From positions 1 to 15,649 of the forward strand of contig CAYVSA010000015.1 in the NCBI GenBank assembly GCA_964454175.1: a stretch of 15,649 nt of DNA, given 5' to 3'. Position 1 is the first letter of the stretch, and each line of letters begins with the position of its first letter. The stretch comes from an uncultured Pseudomonadota bacterium (GTDB lineage: Bacteria; BMS3Abin14). The translations under genes were made by a program, and so were the position numbers. The notes beneath the pieces are model-generated. The model was not told the origin of the DNA, did no database searches, and was given only the letters and a program-made list of their open reading frames with translations. This document shows positions 1-10,837 of the stretch, one piece after another.

Positions 1-73
1 TCTTGCTCGAGAGTTGGTCAGCGGCTGCCCGGATCGGTAGTCGTGTGGGCCGGGAAGGTCTGTAGAAGTGGTA

Positions 74-808
74 ATGAAGAAAGTCCTCATAGTTGATGAC
101 GTTGCGATATTCCGTCATCTCATCAGTACCTATCTCGGCCGCAGGTCTTTTGACATATACACTGCACAGACGGGAAAAGAGGGGTTTGAAAAGGCACTTA
201 AGATCCTGCCGGACCTGGTGATCCTCGACCTGGTTATGTCTGGCGGTACCGGAGATGAAGTCTGCGGTATACTTAAAAACGACCCCAGGACCAAAAAAAT
301 ACCTGTTATTATAATTAGCTCACTGTGGGGTGAATCTGTAAAAGACAGGTGCATGAAAGCCGGATGCGACGCATTCTTGTTCAAACCGATCAGGCAGGAC
401 ACACTCATGGCCACTGTGACCCAGCAGCTTCAGATGGGAAGCAGGGTAGAGAAACGCTCAAATACCTATATGCCCTGCACTGTCTGCCACAGGGAAGGCG
501 AGAAAGAGGCGTGGATCCATTCCCTTTCAAGGATCGGAGCTTTTCTCGAGTTGGCTGAGCCATGTCTCCCTGGAGATAACCTCCAGGTCCGCTTTACTCT
601 TCCCCATTCCCAGTGGGAAGTGGACCTGGAAACCGAGATCGTGTGGGCTGGCAGGATGGGGGAAAACGGCCCTGAGGGGGTGGGGGTAAAATTTGTCAAC
701 ATCGACCACATAGCTGAAGAGATGATAAGTCGTTATGTTAAAACCCAGACAGTGCTGACCCACACTCAGGGATCAGACATAAAATCCAGGACAGGCGGCA
801 CCCGGTAA
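74..808 (+). CDS. Response regulator: N-terminal receiver (REC) domain plus C-terminal PilZ-like domain
   Basis: KKVLIVDD acidic pocket, PDLVILDL phosphoacceptor Asp, PVIIISS and FLFKP Lys. C-terminal RVEKR (RxxxR), SLSRIGAF and VW...GVGVKF are typical of PilZ. ATG at 74 preferred over the ORF-track GTG at 68. Confidence 0.85.
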   Translation: MKKVLIVDDVAIFRHLISTYLGRRSFDIYTAQTGKEGFEKALKILPDLVILDLVMSGGTGDEVCGILKNDPRTKKIPVIIISSLWGESVKDRCMKAGCDAFLFKPIRQDTLMATVTQQLQMGSRVEKRSNTYMPCTVCHREGEKEAWIHSLSRIGAFLELAEPCLPGDNLQVRFTLPHSQWEVDLETEIVWAGRMGENGPEGVGVKFVNIDHIAEEMISRYVKTQTVLTHTQGSDIKSRTGGTR

Positions 809-932
809 TAACAATGGGCAAATGCCCGGCATTGATGTGCTGTTACCAGGTATTAGATATTTGAGTATCAGATTGAACGTTTCGAATCCCCGTCATCGGC
901 TATCCGCGCAATCCGAATTATACATTTGAAAC

Positions 933-961
933 TTGACAGTCAGTACCTAAAATTCTATCTT
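933..961 (+). promoter_or_regulatory. sigma70-type promoter upstream of guaB
   Basis: Perfect TTGACA at 933-938, 17-bp spacer, TATCTT at 956-961, in an AT-rich context. Confidence 0.75.
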
Positions 962-964
962 TAA

Positions 965-2557
<1,593 letters not shown>

Positions 2558-2685
2558 CTTGAATCATGGCGGATTTCAGGTCTTATCGACCAGTTCCCGG
2601 GCCTGGCCTGCAGAGCTGACAAGACCTGATGCCGGTCGAATGTCTCTGGAACTGATCCCGAAATCACCTGCCCGGAGGTTTACCC

Positions 2686-4254
2686 TTGCCTGACGTTGAC
2701 ATCCATCAGGAAAAGATCCTCATCCTGGACTTCGGAAGCCAGTACACTCAGTTGATTGCACGACGCGTGCGAGAGCTTAAGGTGTACTGCGAGATCATGC
2801 CGTGTACGGTTAAAGTGTCCAGGATAAAGGAGTTCAGGCCAAAAGGAATAATCCTCTCCGGGGGACCGGCCAGCGTGCTGGACAAAGGTGCGCCGCTCCT
2901 TGATGCGGCTGTCCTTGAAATGGATGTTCCCTTACTTGGGATCTGTTATGGAATGCAGCTTATAACTCACCTGATGGGTGGCGAGGTGGCGAAGGCGCCG
3001 CACAGGGAGTACGGGCCTGCTTCTCTCCAGATTGATGATACTGAAGACCTTTTCTCCGGTTTCGAACCGGGCCCCGAAAACCGTATCGACGTCTGGATGA
3101 GTCATGGTGACAGGATCGAGGTGCCGCCCACTGGATTTACTCCCATCGCTCACACTGATAACTCCCACATCGCAGCCATGAAAGACAACTCCTCGCTCCG
3201 CTTTGCCGTTCAGTTCCACCCCGAGGTCGTGCACACTCCGAGAGGCCTGGAGGTACTGGGAAATTTTCTCTTCAGAGTATGCGGTCTTTCTCCGGTGTGG
3301 ACCCCTCGGTCCTATATCGATATGGCGGTGGAGCATATACGCGAGACAGTCGGTGAGGGCGGAAAAGTGCTGTGTGCGCTCTCGGGTGGGGTGGATTCAT
3401 CTGTTGTGGCCGTATTGGTCCACAGGGCAATAGGTGACAGGCTGACGTGCGTCTTTGTGGACAATGGCCTGCTGAGAAAAGACGAAGTAGAAAAAGTCAA
3501 AAGTGTTTTCACGGAGTATTTCCACATTCCTCTCGTAGTCGTGTCGGCGGCCGACCATTTTGTTTCAAGGCTCGCCGGCGTTACAGACCCCGAGGAGAAA
3601 AGGAAAATAATTGGAAACGAGTTCATCGTCCTCTTTGAAGAAGAGGCGAAAAAACTCGGTGACATCAAATACCTTGCCCAGGGTACTTTGTATCCCGACG
3701 TCATTGAGAGCGTGTCCTTTAAAGGGCCGTCGGCAACCATAAAGACCCACCACAATGTGGGAGGTCTACCCGAGATTATGAACCTGGAGCTCATAGAGCC
3801 ATTAAGAGAGCTGTTTAAAGACGAGGTCAGGGAGGTTGGCAGGGAACTGGGCATGCCGGATGAAGTTATTATGCGGCACCCCTTCCCAGGCCCCGGTCTT
3901 GGGATACGGATCCTGGGAGAGGTAACTGAAGACAGACTGGATGTGCTCAGGGAAGCCGACGCCATTATGCGTGAAGAGATACTGGATTCGGGTCTGCATG
4001 ATTCGATCTGGCAGACCCTGGCAGTCCTCCTGCCGACCAGGACGGTAGGGGTTATGGGCGATGAACGCACCTATGAGAATGTTGTAGCTATCAGGGCTGT
4101 TCACAGCCTGGACGGGATGACTGCTGATTGGGTGAAACTTCCCTACGATCTGCTGGGGCGTATATCAAACAGGATCATAAACGAGGTTCGCGGTGTCAAC
4201 AGGGTCGTTTACGATGTGAGCTCCAAGCCGCCTGCCACAATTGAATGGGAGTAA
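2686..4254 (+). CDS. guaA: Glutamine-hydrolysing GMP synthase
   Basis: [15 protein letters not shown] (catalytic Cys), QFHPE, PP-loop [18 protein letters not shown]-terminal [12 protein letters not shown] start with GGAGG at 2674-2678. Confidence 0.98.
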   Translation: MPDVDIHQEKILILDFGSQYTQLIARRVRELKVYCEIMPCTVKVSRIKEFRPKGIILSGGPASVLDKGAPLLDAAVLEMDVPLLGICYGMQLITHLMGGEVAKAPHREYGPASLQIDDTEDLFSGFEPGPENRIDVWMSHGDRIEVPPTGFTPIAHTDNSHIAAMKDNSSLRFAVQFHPEVVHTPRGLEVLGNFLFRVCGLSPVWTPRSYIDMAVEHIRETVGEGGKVLCALSGGVDSSVVAVLVHRAIGDRLTCVFVDNGLLRKDEVEKVKSVFTEYFHIPLVVVSAADHFVSRLAGVTDPEEKRKIIGNEFIVLFEEEAKKLGDIKYLAQGTLYPDVIESVSFKGPSATIKTHHNVGGLPEIMNLELIEPLRELFKDEVREVGRELGMPDEVIMRHPFPGPGLGIRILGEVTEDRLDVLREADAIMREEILDSGLHDSIWQTLAVLLPTRTVGVMGDERTYENVVAIRAVHSLDGMTADWVKLPYDLLGRISNRIINEVRGVNRVVYDVSSKPPATIEWE

Positions 4255-4263
4255 GCCGGCAGG

Positions 4264-7200
4264 ATGAAACACGCTGATTTTGTTCACCTTCACGTCCACA
4301 CATCATATAGTTTACTGGACGGTGCGTGCAGGATCGATGATCTCACGAAACTGGCGGCAGACATGCGATTTCCTGCTCTTGCCATCACCGACCACGGCGG
4401 GATGTTCGGGGTGGTGGATTTTTACGAAAAAGCTCTGGCCGCTGGTGTTAAACCCATAATCGGCAGTGAATTTTACGTTGCTCCTGGAAGCCGGTTCGAA
4501 AAGCGGGCTGACAGCAGCGGCGAGACCGCTTACCACGTACTGTTACTGGCCAGGAACCTCATCGGGTACAGGAATCTCCTGAAGCTCTCATCCAAGGCAT
4601 ACATCGAGGGATTTTACTATAAACCCCGTGTTGACAGGGTGCTTCTTGCCGAACACAGGGAGGGAGTCATTGCGCTTTCTGCCTGTCTGAAGGGGGAGGT
4701 TGCAAGAAGACTTATGGTGGGCGCCGAAAAGGAGGCTTGCGAGGCAGCCAGTTGGTATATGGAAACTTTTGGTGACTCCTACTACATCGAAATTCAGCAC
4801 AACGGCCTGAAGGAACAGGAAGCGGTCAATGAGCGGCTGATAGAAGTAGCCGGGGAGATTGGAGCCCCGCTGGTGGCCACCAACGATATTCACTATCTGA
4901 AGCGCGACGACTACCGTATGCACGACGTTCTCCTTTGCATACAGACCGGTAAAACGATAAACGACGAAAACAGGATGCGGATGGAATCCCATGAGCTTTA
5001 TTTAAAGTCTGCAGAGGAAATGGCGGCCCAGTTCTCCCGATATCCCGAAGCGCTTGAAAATACGCTCAAGATAGCCGAGGAGTGTAATCTGGAGATCCCC
5101 ATCGGTAAAACCCAGATGCCCCAGTTCCAGGTACCGGAGGATATGTCGGCGGAGGCCTACCTCGCCCGTGAGGTGAGAAAAGGCTTTGAATCAAAGATGG
5201 AGATCCTGCGAAAGAGCGTTCCAGAGGGCCAGTGGGAGGAGACTCTGGAACACTATCAGAAGAGGCTCGGCAGTGAGCTGGAGACCATAACGGAAATGGG
5301 ATTTGCCAGCTACTTCCTCATCGTCTGGGACTTCATCAGGTATGCCAGGGAAAACAGGATCCCTGTGGGGCCCGGCAGGGGGTCGGCGGCGGGTTCTCTC
5401 GTCGCATTTTCCCTTTCCATCACGGATGTGGATCCCATAAAGTACGGGCTCTTGTTTGAACGGTTCCTGAACCCCGAGAGGATAAGCCTGCCGGATATAG
5501 ATGTAGATTTCTGTATGGACCGCAGGGATGAGGTCCTCAAGTACGTATACAACAAGTATGGTGAGGACAAGGTAGCCCAGATCATTACCTTCGGGACCAT
5601 GGCGGCCAGGGGAGCAATCAGGGACGTGGGCCGCGTACTTGATATGAGTTATGCCGAGGTGGACAAGATCGCTAAACTGATCCCGGACGTTCTCAATATC
5701 AAACTGGCAAGGGCACTTGTTCAGGAACCACGCCTGAAAGACCTTGCAGACAAGGACAAGAGGGTCGGAGACCTTCTTGATCTGGCCCAGAAGATCGAAG
5801 GCCTGCATCGCCACGCTTCGACCCACGCAGCCGGTGTAGTCATCAGCGCTGACCCCCTCAGTGATAAAGTGCCCCTCTACAAGGGGACCAAGGGTGACGA
5901 GGTCATGACCCAGTTCGATATGAATATCATCGAGCGGATAGGTCTGGTCAAATTCGATTTTCTCGGTCTGAGAACGCTTACGATGATCGATTACGCTCTG
6001 TCTCTGGTAAACAGGCGTCGCCAGCTCGAGGGGGAAAAAGACCTTGTCGTTGATGATCTGGACCTTGATGATCCCGTTACTTATGAACTCCTGTCCGCAG
6101 GCCAGACAACAGGTGTTTTTCAGCTGGAGTCATCCGGGATGCGCGACCTGCTAGTCAAGATAAAACCTGCAACCTTTGAGGACCTCATCGCGCTGGTAGC
6201 ACTTTACAGGCCTGGGCCCCTCGGAAGCGGAATGGTGACGGATTTTATCGAGAGAAAGCATGGCCGGAAGGCGGTCGTCTACGACTTTCCCGAGCTTCAG
6301 GAAATACTCGGCGAGACTTACGGTGTGGCCGTTTATCAGGAACAGGTCATGCAGATCGCACAGAGGCTTGCCAATTTCAGTCTTGGTGAAGCGGACCTGC
6401 TTCGGCGGGCGATGGGAAAGAAGAAGCCAGAGGAGATGCAGAAACAAAGGGAGCGGTTCATGAGCGGCTGCCTGCAAAACGGCATATCGGACCGGAAAGC
6501 CGCCAATATGTTCGAAAAGCTCGAGGACTTTGCCGAGTATGGCTTTAATAAATCTCACAGCGCTGCCTATGCGCTCATCTCATTCAGAACGGCCTATCTG
6601 AGATCTCATTACCCGTCAGAGTTCATGGCGGCACTGCTGACCAGTGAAATGGATAACTCGGATAAAGTAACCGCACATTTCGGGGTCTGCAGGGAGATGG
6701 GGATAAAAGTTCTTCCTCCGGATATAAACGAATCGGGAATACGCTTTACCGTCAGCGTTGAGGAGATCAGATTCGGTCTGGGCGCCGTTAAAAATGTTGG
6801 CATGTCGGCTCTGGAGGAGATCTTGAGGGTGAGGACAAATGACGGCCCCTTCAGATCCCTTGAGGATTTCTGCAGCCGGTGCGACCTTCGGAAGGTCAAC
6901 AGAAGGGTGGCCGAGAGCCTTGTAAAAGCGGGGGCCTTCGACAGTTTTCCCGGCCACAGGGCAAGATACCTGTCGGGTCTTGACAGAGCTATTGAGATGG
7001 GCCAGAAAGCAGCCAGAGACAGGGAGAACGGGCAGATCACAATGTTTAACGTGCACGAAGAAACTTCCTCACCGCAGGACCTTCTTGATATGGAGCCCTG
7101 GACCGAGCAGCAGAGGCTGAGCTTTGAAAAAGAGAGCCTCGGTTTTTATATAACGGGTCATCCGTTGGAAAAATACCGGGGTGAGATGGAAAAGTATGTC

Positions 7201-7737
7201 ACTACCGATCTCTCACACCTTGGAGAGCTTTCTGACGGCGCCCTCGTAAAAGTTGCTGGAGTCGTGCAGAATGTCAAGGAGATCAACACTAAAAAAGGTG
7301 ACAGAATGGCATTCATAAGTCTCGAGGACCTCCACGGCGGTACAGAGGTCATCGTTTTTTCGGACGTGTTCAAGGAATCTTCGTCTATTATAATGTCCAG
7401 TGACCCCCTCCTGGTAGAGGGGACACTGGATACTTCCGGCGAAAAACCGAAGGTAAAAGCACAAAAGATATTCGATCTTGAGGACTACCGGAAGAGAGTG
7501 ACCAACGTGGTCCAGATCGATCTAAGTACTCTGGGCCTTTCAGTAGATGATCTGGATTCCCTTAAGGGCATTCTGGAAAAGCATGAGGGGAAATGCAGAG
7601 TTAAACTTAAACTGACCATACCGACCAAGGCCGAGGCCCATATCAAGCTTGGGGAAAAATACAGGATATCTTCCTCTGAACGGGTCGTTCAGGACCTTGA
7701 AGAGTTGTTCGGAAGCGGCGTCGTTACCTTCCATTAA
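4264..7737 (+). CDS. dnaE: DNA polymerase III alpha subunit
   Basis: PHP domain HLHVHTSYSLLDG/ITDHG, GPGRGSAAGS, catalytic PDIDVDF and KFDFLGL, YGFNKSH, clamp-binding-like QITMF, C-terminal OB fold; 1157 aa. Confidence 0.98.
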   Translation: MKHADFVHLHVHTSYSLLDGACRIDDLTKLAADMRFPALAITDHGGMFGVVDFYEKALAAGVKPIIGSEFYVAPGSRFEKRADSSGETAYHVLLLARNLIGYRNLLKLSSKAYIEGFYYKPRVDRVLLAEHREGVIALSACLKGEVARRLMVGAEKEACEAASWYMETFGDSYYIEIQHNGLKEQEAVNERLIEVAGEIGAPLVATNDIHYLKRDDYRMHDVLLCIQTGKTINDENRMRMESHELYLKSAEEMAAQFSRYPEALENTLKIAEECNLEIPIGKTQMPQFQVPEDMSAEAYLAREVRKGFESKMEILRKSVPEGQWEETLEHYQKRLGSELETITEMGFASYFLIVWDFIRYARENRIPVGPGRGSAAGSLVAFSLSITDVDPIKYGLLFERFLNPERISLPDIDVDFCMDRRDEVLKYVYNKYGEDKVAQIITFGTMAARGAIRDVGRVLDMSYAEVDKIAKLIPDVLNIKLARALVQEPRLKDLADKDKRVGDLLDLAQKIEGLHRHASTHAAGVVISADPLSDKVPLYKGTKGDEVMTQFDMNIIERIGLVKFDFLGLRTLTMIDYALSLVNRRRQLEGEKDLVVDDLDLDDPVTYELLSAGQTTGVFQLESSGMRDLLVKIKPATFEDLIALVALYRPGPLGSGMVTDFIERKHGRKAVVYDFPELQEILGETYGVAVYQEQVMQIAQRLANFSLGEADLLRRAMGKKKPEEMQKQRERFMSGCLQNGISDRKAANMFEKLEDFAEYGFNKSHSAAYALISFRTAYLRSHYPSEFMAALLTSEMDNSDKVTAHFGVCREMGIKVLPPDINESGIRFTVSVEEIRFGLGAVKNVGMSALEEILRVRTNDGPFRSLEDFCSRCDLRKVNRRVAESLVKAGAFDSFPGHRARYLSGLDRAIEMGQKAARDRENGQITMFNVHEETSSPQDLLDMEPWTEQQRLSFEKESLGFYITGHPLEKYRGEMEKYVTTDLSHLGELSDGALVKVAGVVQNVKEINTKKGDRMAFISLEDLHGGTEVIVFSDVFKESSSIIMSSDPLLVEGTLDTSGEKPKVKAQKIFDLEDYRKRVTNVVQIDLSTLGLSVDDLDSLKGILEKHEGKCRVKLKLTIPTKAEAHIKLGEKYRISSSERVVQDLEELFGSGVVTFH

Positions 7738-7746
7738 GGAGTCACC

Positions 7747-8715
7747 ATGGTAGAGTTCTATCTGGATTTTGAAAAGCCGGTCGTGGAGCTTGAGGGCAAG
7801 ATAGCCGAGCTGAAGCTCACGAGTACCGGCGAGTCGAGCGTAGATCTGACCGATGACATTGCCAGACTCGAAAAGAAGCTTGATAAGTTGCGCAGGGATG
7901 TTTACTCAAAGCTCGACCGGTATCAGAGGACCCAGCTGGCAAGACATCCCATGAGACCCCATACGCTGGATTACATCAAGCTGCTCCTCACTGATTTCAT
8001 AGAACTGCACGGCGACAGAAACTTTGCCGACGACAAATCCATCGTGGGCGGTGTGGCAAGGTTATTCGGCAGGGCTATTATGGTCATCGGGCACCAGAAG
8101 GGAAGGAACACAAAGGAAAAGGTCATCCGGAATTTCGGTATGGCCCATCCCGAGGGTTACCGGAAAGCACTCAGACTGATGAAGATGGCCGAAAGGTTCA
8201 ATATACCGATACTGACTCTGGTGGATACTCCGGGCGCTTTTCCCGGCATTGAAGCCGAGGAGAGGGGACAGGCAGAGGCAATAGCACGGAATTTGATCGA
8301 GATGGCGGATCTGAAGGTACCCCTCATCACTGTTGTCACCGGAGAGGGCGGCAGCGGTGGCGCTCTTGGCCTTGCTGTGGGAAACCGTGTTCTGATGCTG
8401 GAAAACAGCATCTACAGCGTCATTTCTCCGGAAGGATGTGCTGCGATCCTCTGGAAGAGCCAGGATTTCGCCAAGAACGCAGCCGAGGCAATGAAGCTGA
8501 CAGCAACAGACAGTCAGGAAAACAGTATTATTGACGAAATTATTCCGGAGCCCCTCGGAGGAGCCCACCGAGACTACGAGATAACAGCCCGGGCCATGGG
8601 AAAAGCGATTATGACCCATCTGGCAGAACTGGAAAAACTCTCTCCAGAGCAGCTGGTGGAAGACAGGTGGGTGCGGTTCAGAAATCTTGGTGTCTACTCA
8701 GAGCCTAAGCGATAA
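7747..8715 (+). CDS. accA: Acetyl-CoA carboxylase carboxyltransferase alpha subunit
   Basis: [60 protein letters not shown] upstream; classic dnaE-accA synteny. Confidence 0.98.
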   Translation: MVEFYLDFEKPVVELEGKIAELKLTSTGESSVDLTDDIARLEKKLDKLRRDVYSKLDRYQRTQLARHPMRPHTLDYIKLLLTDFIELHGDRNFADDKSIVGGVARLFGRAIMVIGHQKGRNTKEKVIRNFGMAHPEGYRKALRLMKMAERFNIPILTLVDTPGAFPGIEAEERGQAEAIARNLIEMADLKVPLITVVTGEGGSGGALGLAVGNRVLMLENSIYSVISPEGCAAILWKSQDFAKNAAEAMKLTATDSQENSIIDEIIPEPLGGAHRDYEITARAMGKAIMTHLAELEKLSPEQLVEDRWVRFRNLGVYSEPKR

Positions 8716-9539
8716 TGGGCATTGACCTGACCATCTCATACCTCGGTCCTGAGGCGACATTCACCCATCAGGCGGCGTGGAAGGCTTTCGGTCAGGAGGC
8801 ACAGTATTCGCCCGCGGATACTATTGATGAGGTGTTTTCGGCTGTAAGGGAGGGCAAGGCTCAAAAGGGTGTGGCTCCAGTTGAAAACTCCAATGAGGGA
8901 GTCGTCTCCTCGACGATGGATCTTCTGGTGGACACCGATCTCCTGATCTCCGGCGAAATAATTCTTCCTATCCATCTGATGCTCCTTTCGAAGGAGAAGG
9001 ATCTTTCCTCTATCAGTACCGTCTATTCTCATCCTCAGGCACTGGGGCAGTGTCGGAAATGGCTGAGAAAGAACCTGCCTGGCATCGAGTCAGTAGACAC
9101 CAGGAGCACTACCGAGGCTGCAACCATTTGCAATACCAGGACCGGTTCTGCAGCCGTGGCAGGCGAACTGGCAGGAGATATCTATGACCTTGATATCGTA
9201 GCCGAAGATATTGGTGACTGGGCGGAGAATCTGACGCGTTTTCTGGTTTTTTCAAGAGATAGAGCCGGACAGACGGGTGAGGACAAGACTTCTATTGTAT
9301 TTTCCATTAAAGACAGGGTTGGCGCGCTTTACGAGATGTTGATCCCCTTCAGGGAGGGCGGTATTAACCTGACAAAGATCGAATCGCGTCCATCCAGGAA
9401 AAAAGCCTGGGACTATCTCTTCTTTGTTGACTTTGATGGTCACCGCGATGACAAAAATGTCAAAAGGACGCTGGCAAAGCTCTCGGATTCGTGCCAATTT
9501 ATCAAGGTCCTCGGTTCGTATCCGGTTGGGGATGTTTGA
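8715..9539 (+). CDS. pheA: Prephenate dehydratase (PDT + ACT), no chorismate mutase domain
   Basis: YLGPEATFT, PVENS, SHPQALGQC, NLTRF (PDT motif), ACT domain GALYEML/NLTKIESRP, LGSYP. Start overlaps the accA stop (TAATG). Confidence 0.95.
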   Translation: MGIDLTISYLGPEATFTHQAAWKAFGQEAQYSPADTIDEVFSAVREGKAQKGVAPVENSNEGVVSSTMDLLVDTDLLISGEIILPIHLMLLSKEKDLSSISTVYSHPQALGQCRKWLRKNLPGIESVDTRSTTEAATICNTRTGSAAVAGELAGDIYDLDIVAEDIGDWAENLTRFLVFSRDRAGQTGEDKTSIVFSIKDRVGALYEMLIPFREGGINLTKIESRPSRKKAWDYLFFVDFDGHRDDKNVKRTLAKLSDSCQFIKVLGSYPVGDV

Positions 9540-9542
9540 GGC

Positions 9543-9615
9543 GTGTGGGAGTTAGGGAGTATGGGGGTGTGGGGGGTTAATGGGTATCGAGGTGTCGAAG
9601 TGACGAGGTATCGAG
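9543..9615 (+). repeat. Degenerate 8-bp tandem repeats in two sub-arrays
   Basis: gtgtggga-gttaggga-gtatgggg-gtgtgggg (9543-9574), 9-nt linker, then gtatcgag-gtgtcgaa-gtgacgag-gtatcgag (9584-9615). Confidence 0.85.
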
Positions 9616-9642
9616 GTGAATCTGATATTGGTGGTATTAAAG

Positions 9643-9677
9643 TTTGGACCTTGGACTTTGGGTCTTGGACCCTGGAT
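9643..9677 (+). repeat. 7-bp tandem repeat, consensus YTTGGAC, five units
   Basis: tttggac-cttggac-tttgggt-cttggac-cctggat. Confidence 0.85.
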
Positions 9678-9698
9678 CAGAACACACAGGACTGAAAA

Positions 9699-10835
9699 AT
9701 GACAGAGAAAAACCGGCACAAACAGTTCAAACCGGTCCATGCATCGGTGGAGGAGCTGATCCCCTACCAGACGGGAAAGCCGATAGATGAGCTGGCAAGG
9801 GAGAAGGGCCTTGACAGGATCGTGAAACTGGCTTCCAACGAAAACCCCATGGGCTCTTCCCCCGCGGCCATGGACGCAGCAGCCGGTGTACTGGGTGACT
9901 TGAGCAGGTACCCTGATGGGGGTGGTTTCTACCTCAAAAATGCCCTGTCCGGGGAACTGGGAGTATCTGAGGAAATGATCATCCTGGGGAATGGCTCTAA
10001 CGAAGTTCTGGAGCTCCTTGCCCAGCTCATGCTGACCGATGGCATGGAGACAGTCTACGCCTGGCCGGCATTTATTGTTTACCGGCTGGCAACGCTTGCC
10101 CACGGTGGGAGGGGTTCTGAAGTTCCCTTGAACGGCATGATGGCCCACGATCTCCGGGCAATGGCCGATGCTATTACAGAAAGTACGAAGCTGGTGTTTA
10201 TTTCAAACCCCAACAACCCTACTGGTACTTACGTTAAGAAAGGTGAGCTCGAAGCTTTCCTCGACCGTGTGCCGGACACTGCCCTGGTAGTGCTCGATGA
10301 AGCCTACTATGAGTACGCCAGGGAAGAGGCAGACTATCCAGACGGAGTAGCTTTGATCAGAGAAGGCAGATCCATGGTGGTGATGCGAACGTTCTCGAAG
10401 GCTTTCGGTCTGGCAGGTCTGAGGGTGGGTTATGCAGTCGTACCGGCAGAACTCGGCAGCCTGATCAACAAGGTCAGGCAGCCTTTTAATGTCAACAGCA
10501 TCGCTCAGGCCGCCGCCGCCGCGGCTCTTAACGACAGAGATTTCCTGCAAAAGACTCTGGACCTGAACCGCATTGAGAGAAACAGATTAACTGGATCTCT
10601 CGAATCACTGGGCCTCCACCCAGTACCTTCTGCCGCCAACTTTATACTGGTTGATATGGGCGGTCTGGATGGCGACAGCATTTTTCGGTCGCTTATGGAC
10701 AGGGGTGTCATTGTGAGAGCCATGTCAGGATACGGTCTTCCAGGCTATATCAGGGTTACCGTCGGCCTGCCCGAGGAAAACGATATATTCCTGGAAACTC
10801 TAGGTGAGATACTAAAAGAGAAGCGGGGTAACTGA
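9699..10835 (+). CDS. hisC: Histidinol-phosphate / aromatic amino acid aminotransferase (PLP-dependent)
   Basis: KLASNENP, RYPD, GNGSNE, NPNNPTG, DEAYYEY, PLP-lysine motif RTFSKAFGLAGLRVG. Confidence 0.95.
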   Translation: MTEKNRHKQFKPVHASVEELIPYQTGKPIDELAREKGLDRIVKLASNENPMGSSPAAMDAAAGVLGDLSRYPDGGGFYLKNALSGELGVSEEMIILGNGSNEVLELLAQLMLTDGMETVYAWPAFIVYRLATLAHGGRGSEVPLNGMMAHDLRAMADAITESTKLVFISNPNNPTGTYVKKGELEAFLDRVPDTALVVLDEAYYEYAREEADYPDGVALIREGRSMVVMRTFSKAFGLAGLRVGYAVVPAELGSLINKVRQPFNVNSIAQAAAAAALNDRDFLQKTLDLNRIERNRLTGSLESLGLHPVPSAANFILVDMGGLDGDSIFRSLMDRGVIVRAMSGYGLPGYIRVTVGLPEENDIFLETLGEILKEKRGN

Positions 10836-10837
10836 AG

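Noticed and set aside
1..65. Possible 3' end of an upstream CDS (open frames ending at TAG 38-40 or TAG 63-65)
   Set aside because: Too short to choose a frame or assign a product.
812..834. Small overlapping inverted repeats after the regulator stop (GGGCA/TGCCC; AATGCC-C-GGCATT)
   Set aside because: Short stems, loops too small and no U-tract; cannot be called a terminator or operator.
3312..4070. Long antisense ORFs (252 aa here; also 1615-2115, 5191-5826, 8062-8619, 13344-13889, 14879-15430)
   Set aside because: They lie entirely opposite well-conserved genes and show no recognisable domains; typical shadow ORFs.
4264..7737. Intein or split in dnaE
   Set aside because: Normal length with continuous motifs; no intein splice or LAGLIDADG signatures seen.
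9543..9677. CRISPR array or telomere-like (TTAGGG) repeat interpretation
   Set aside because: Units are 7-8 bp with no spacers and no cas genes nearby; TTAGGG occurs only once in the island.
9552..10148. 198-aa minus-strand ORF reading through the repeat island
   Set aside because: Mostly antisense to hisC; its repetitive C-terminus (QGPRPKVQGP, TSIP...TSIP) is just the translated DNA repeats.
10509..10523. (GCC)n run in hisC
   Set aside because: Encodes a poly-Ala helix (QAAAAAAL) usual for this family; in frame and not a contingency locus.
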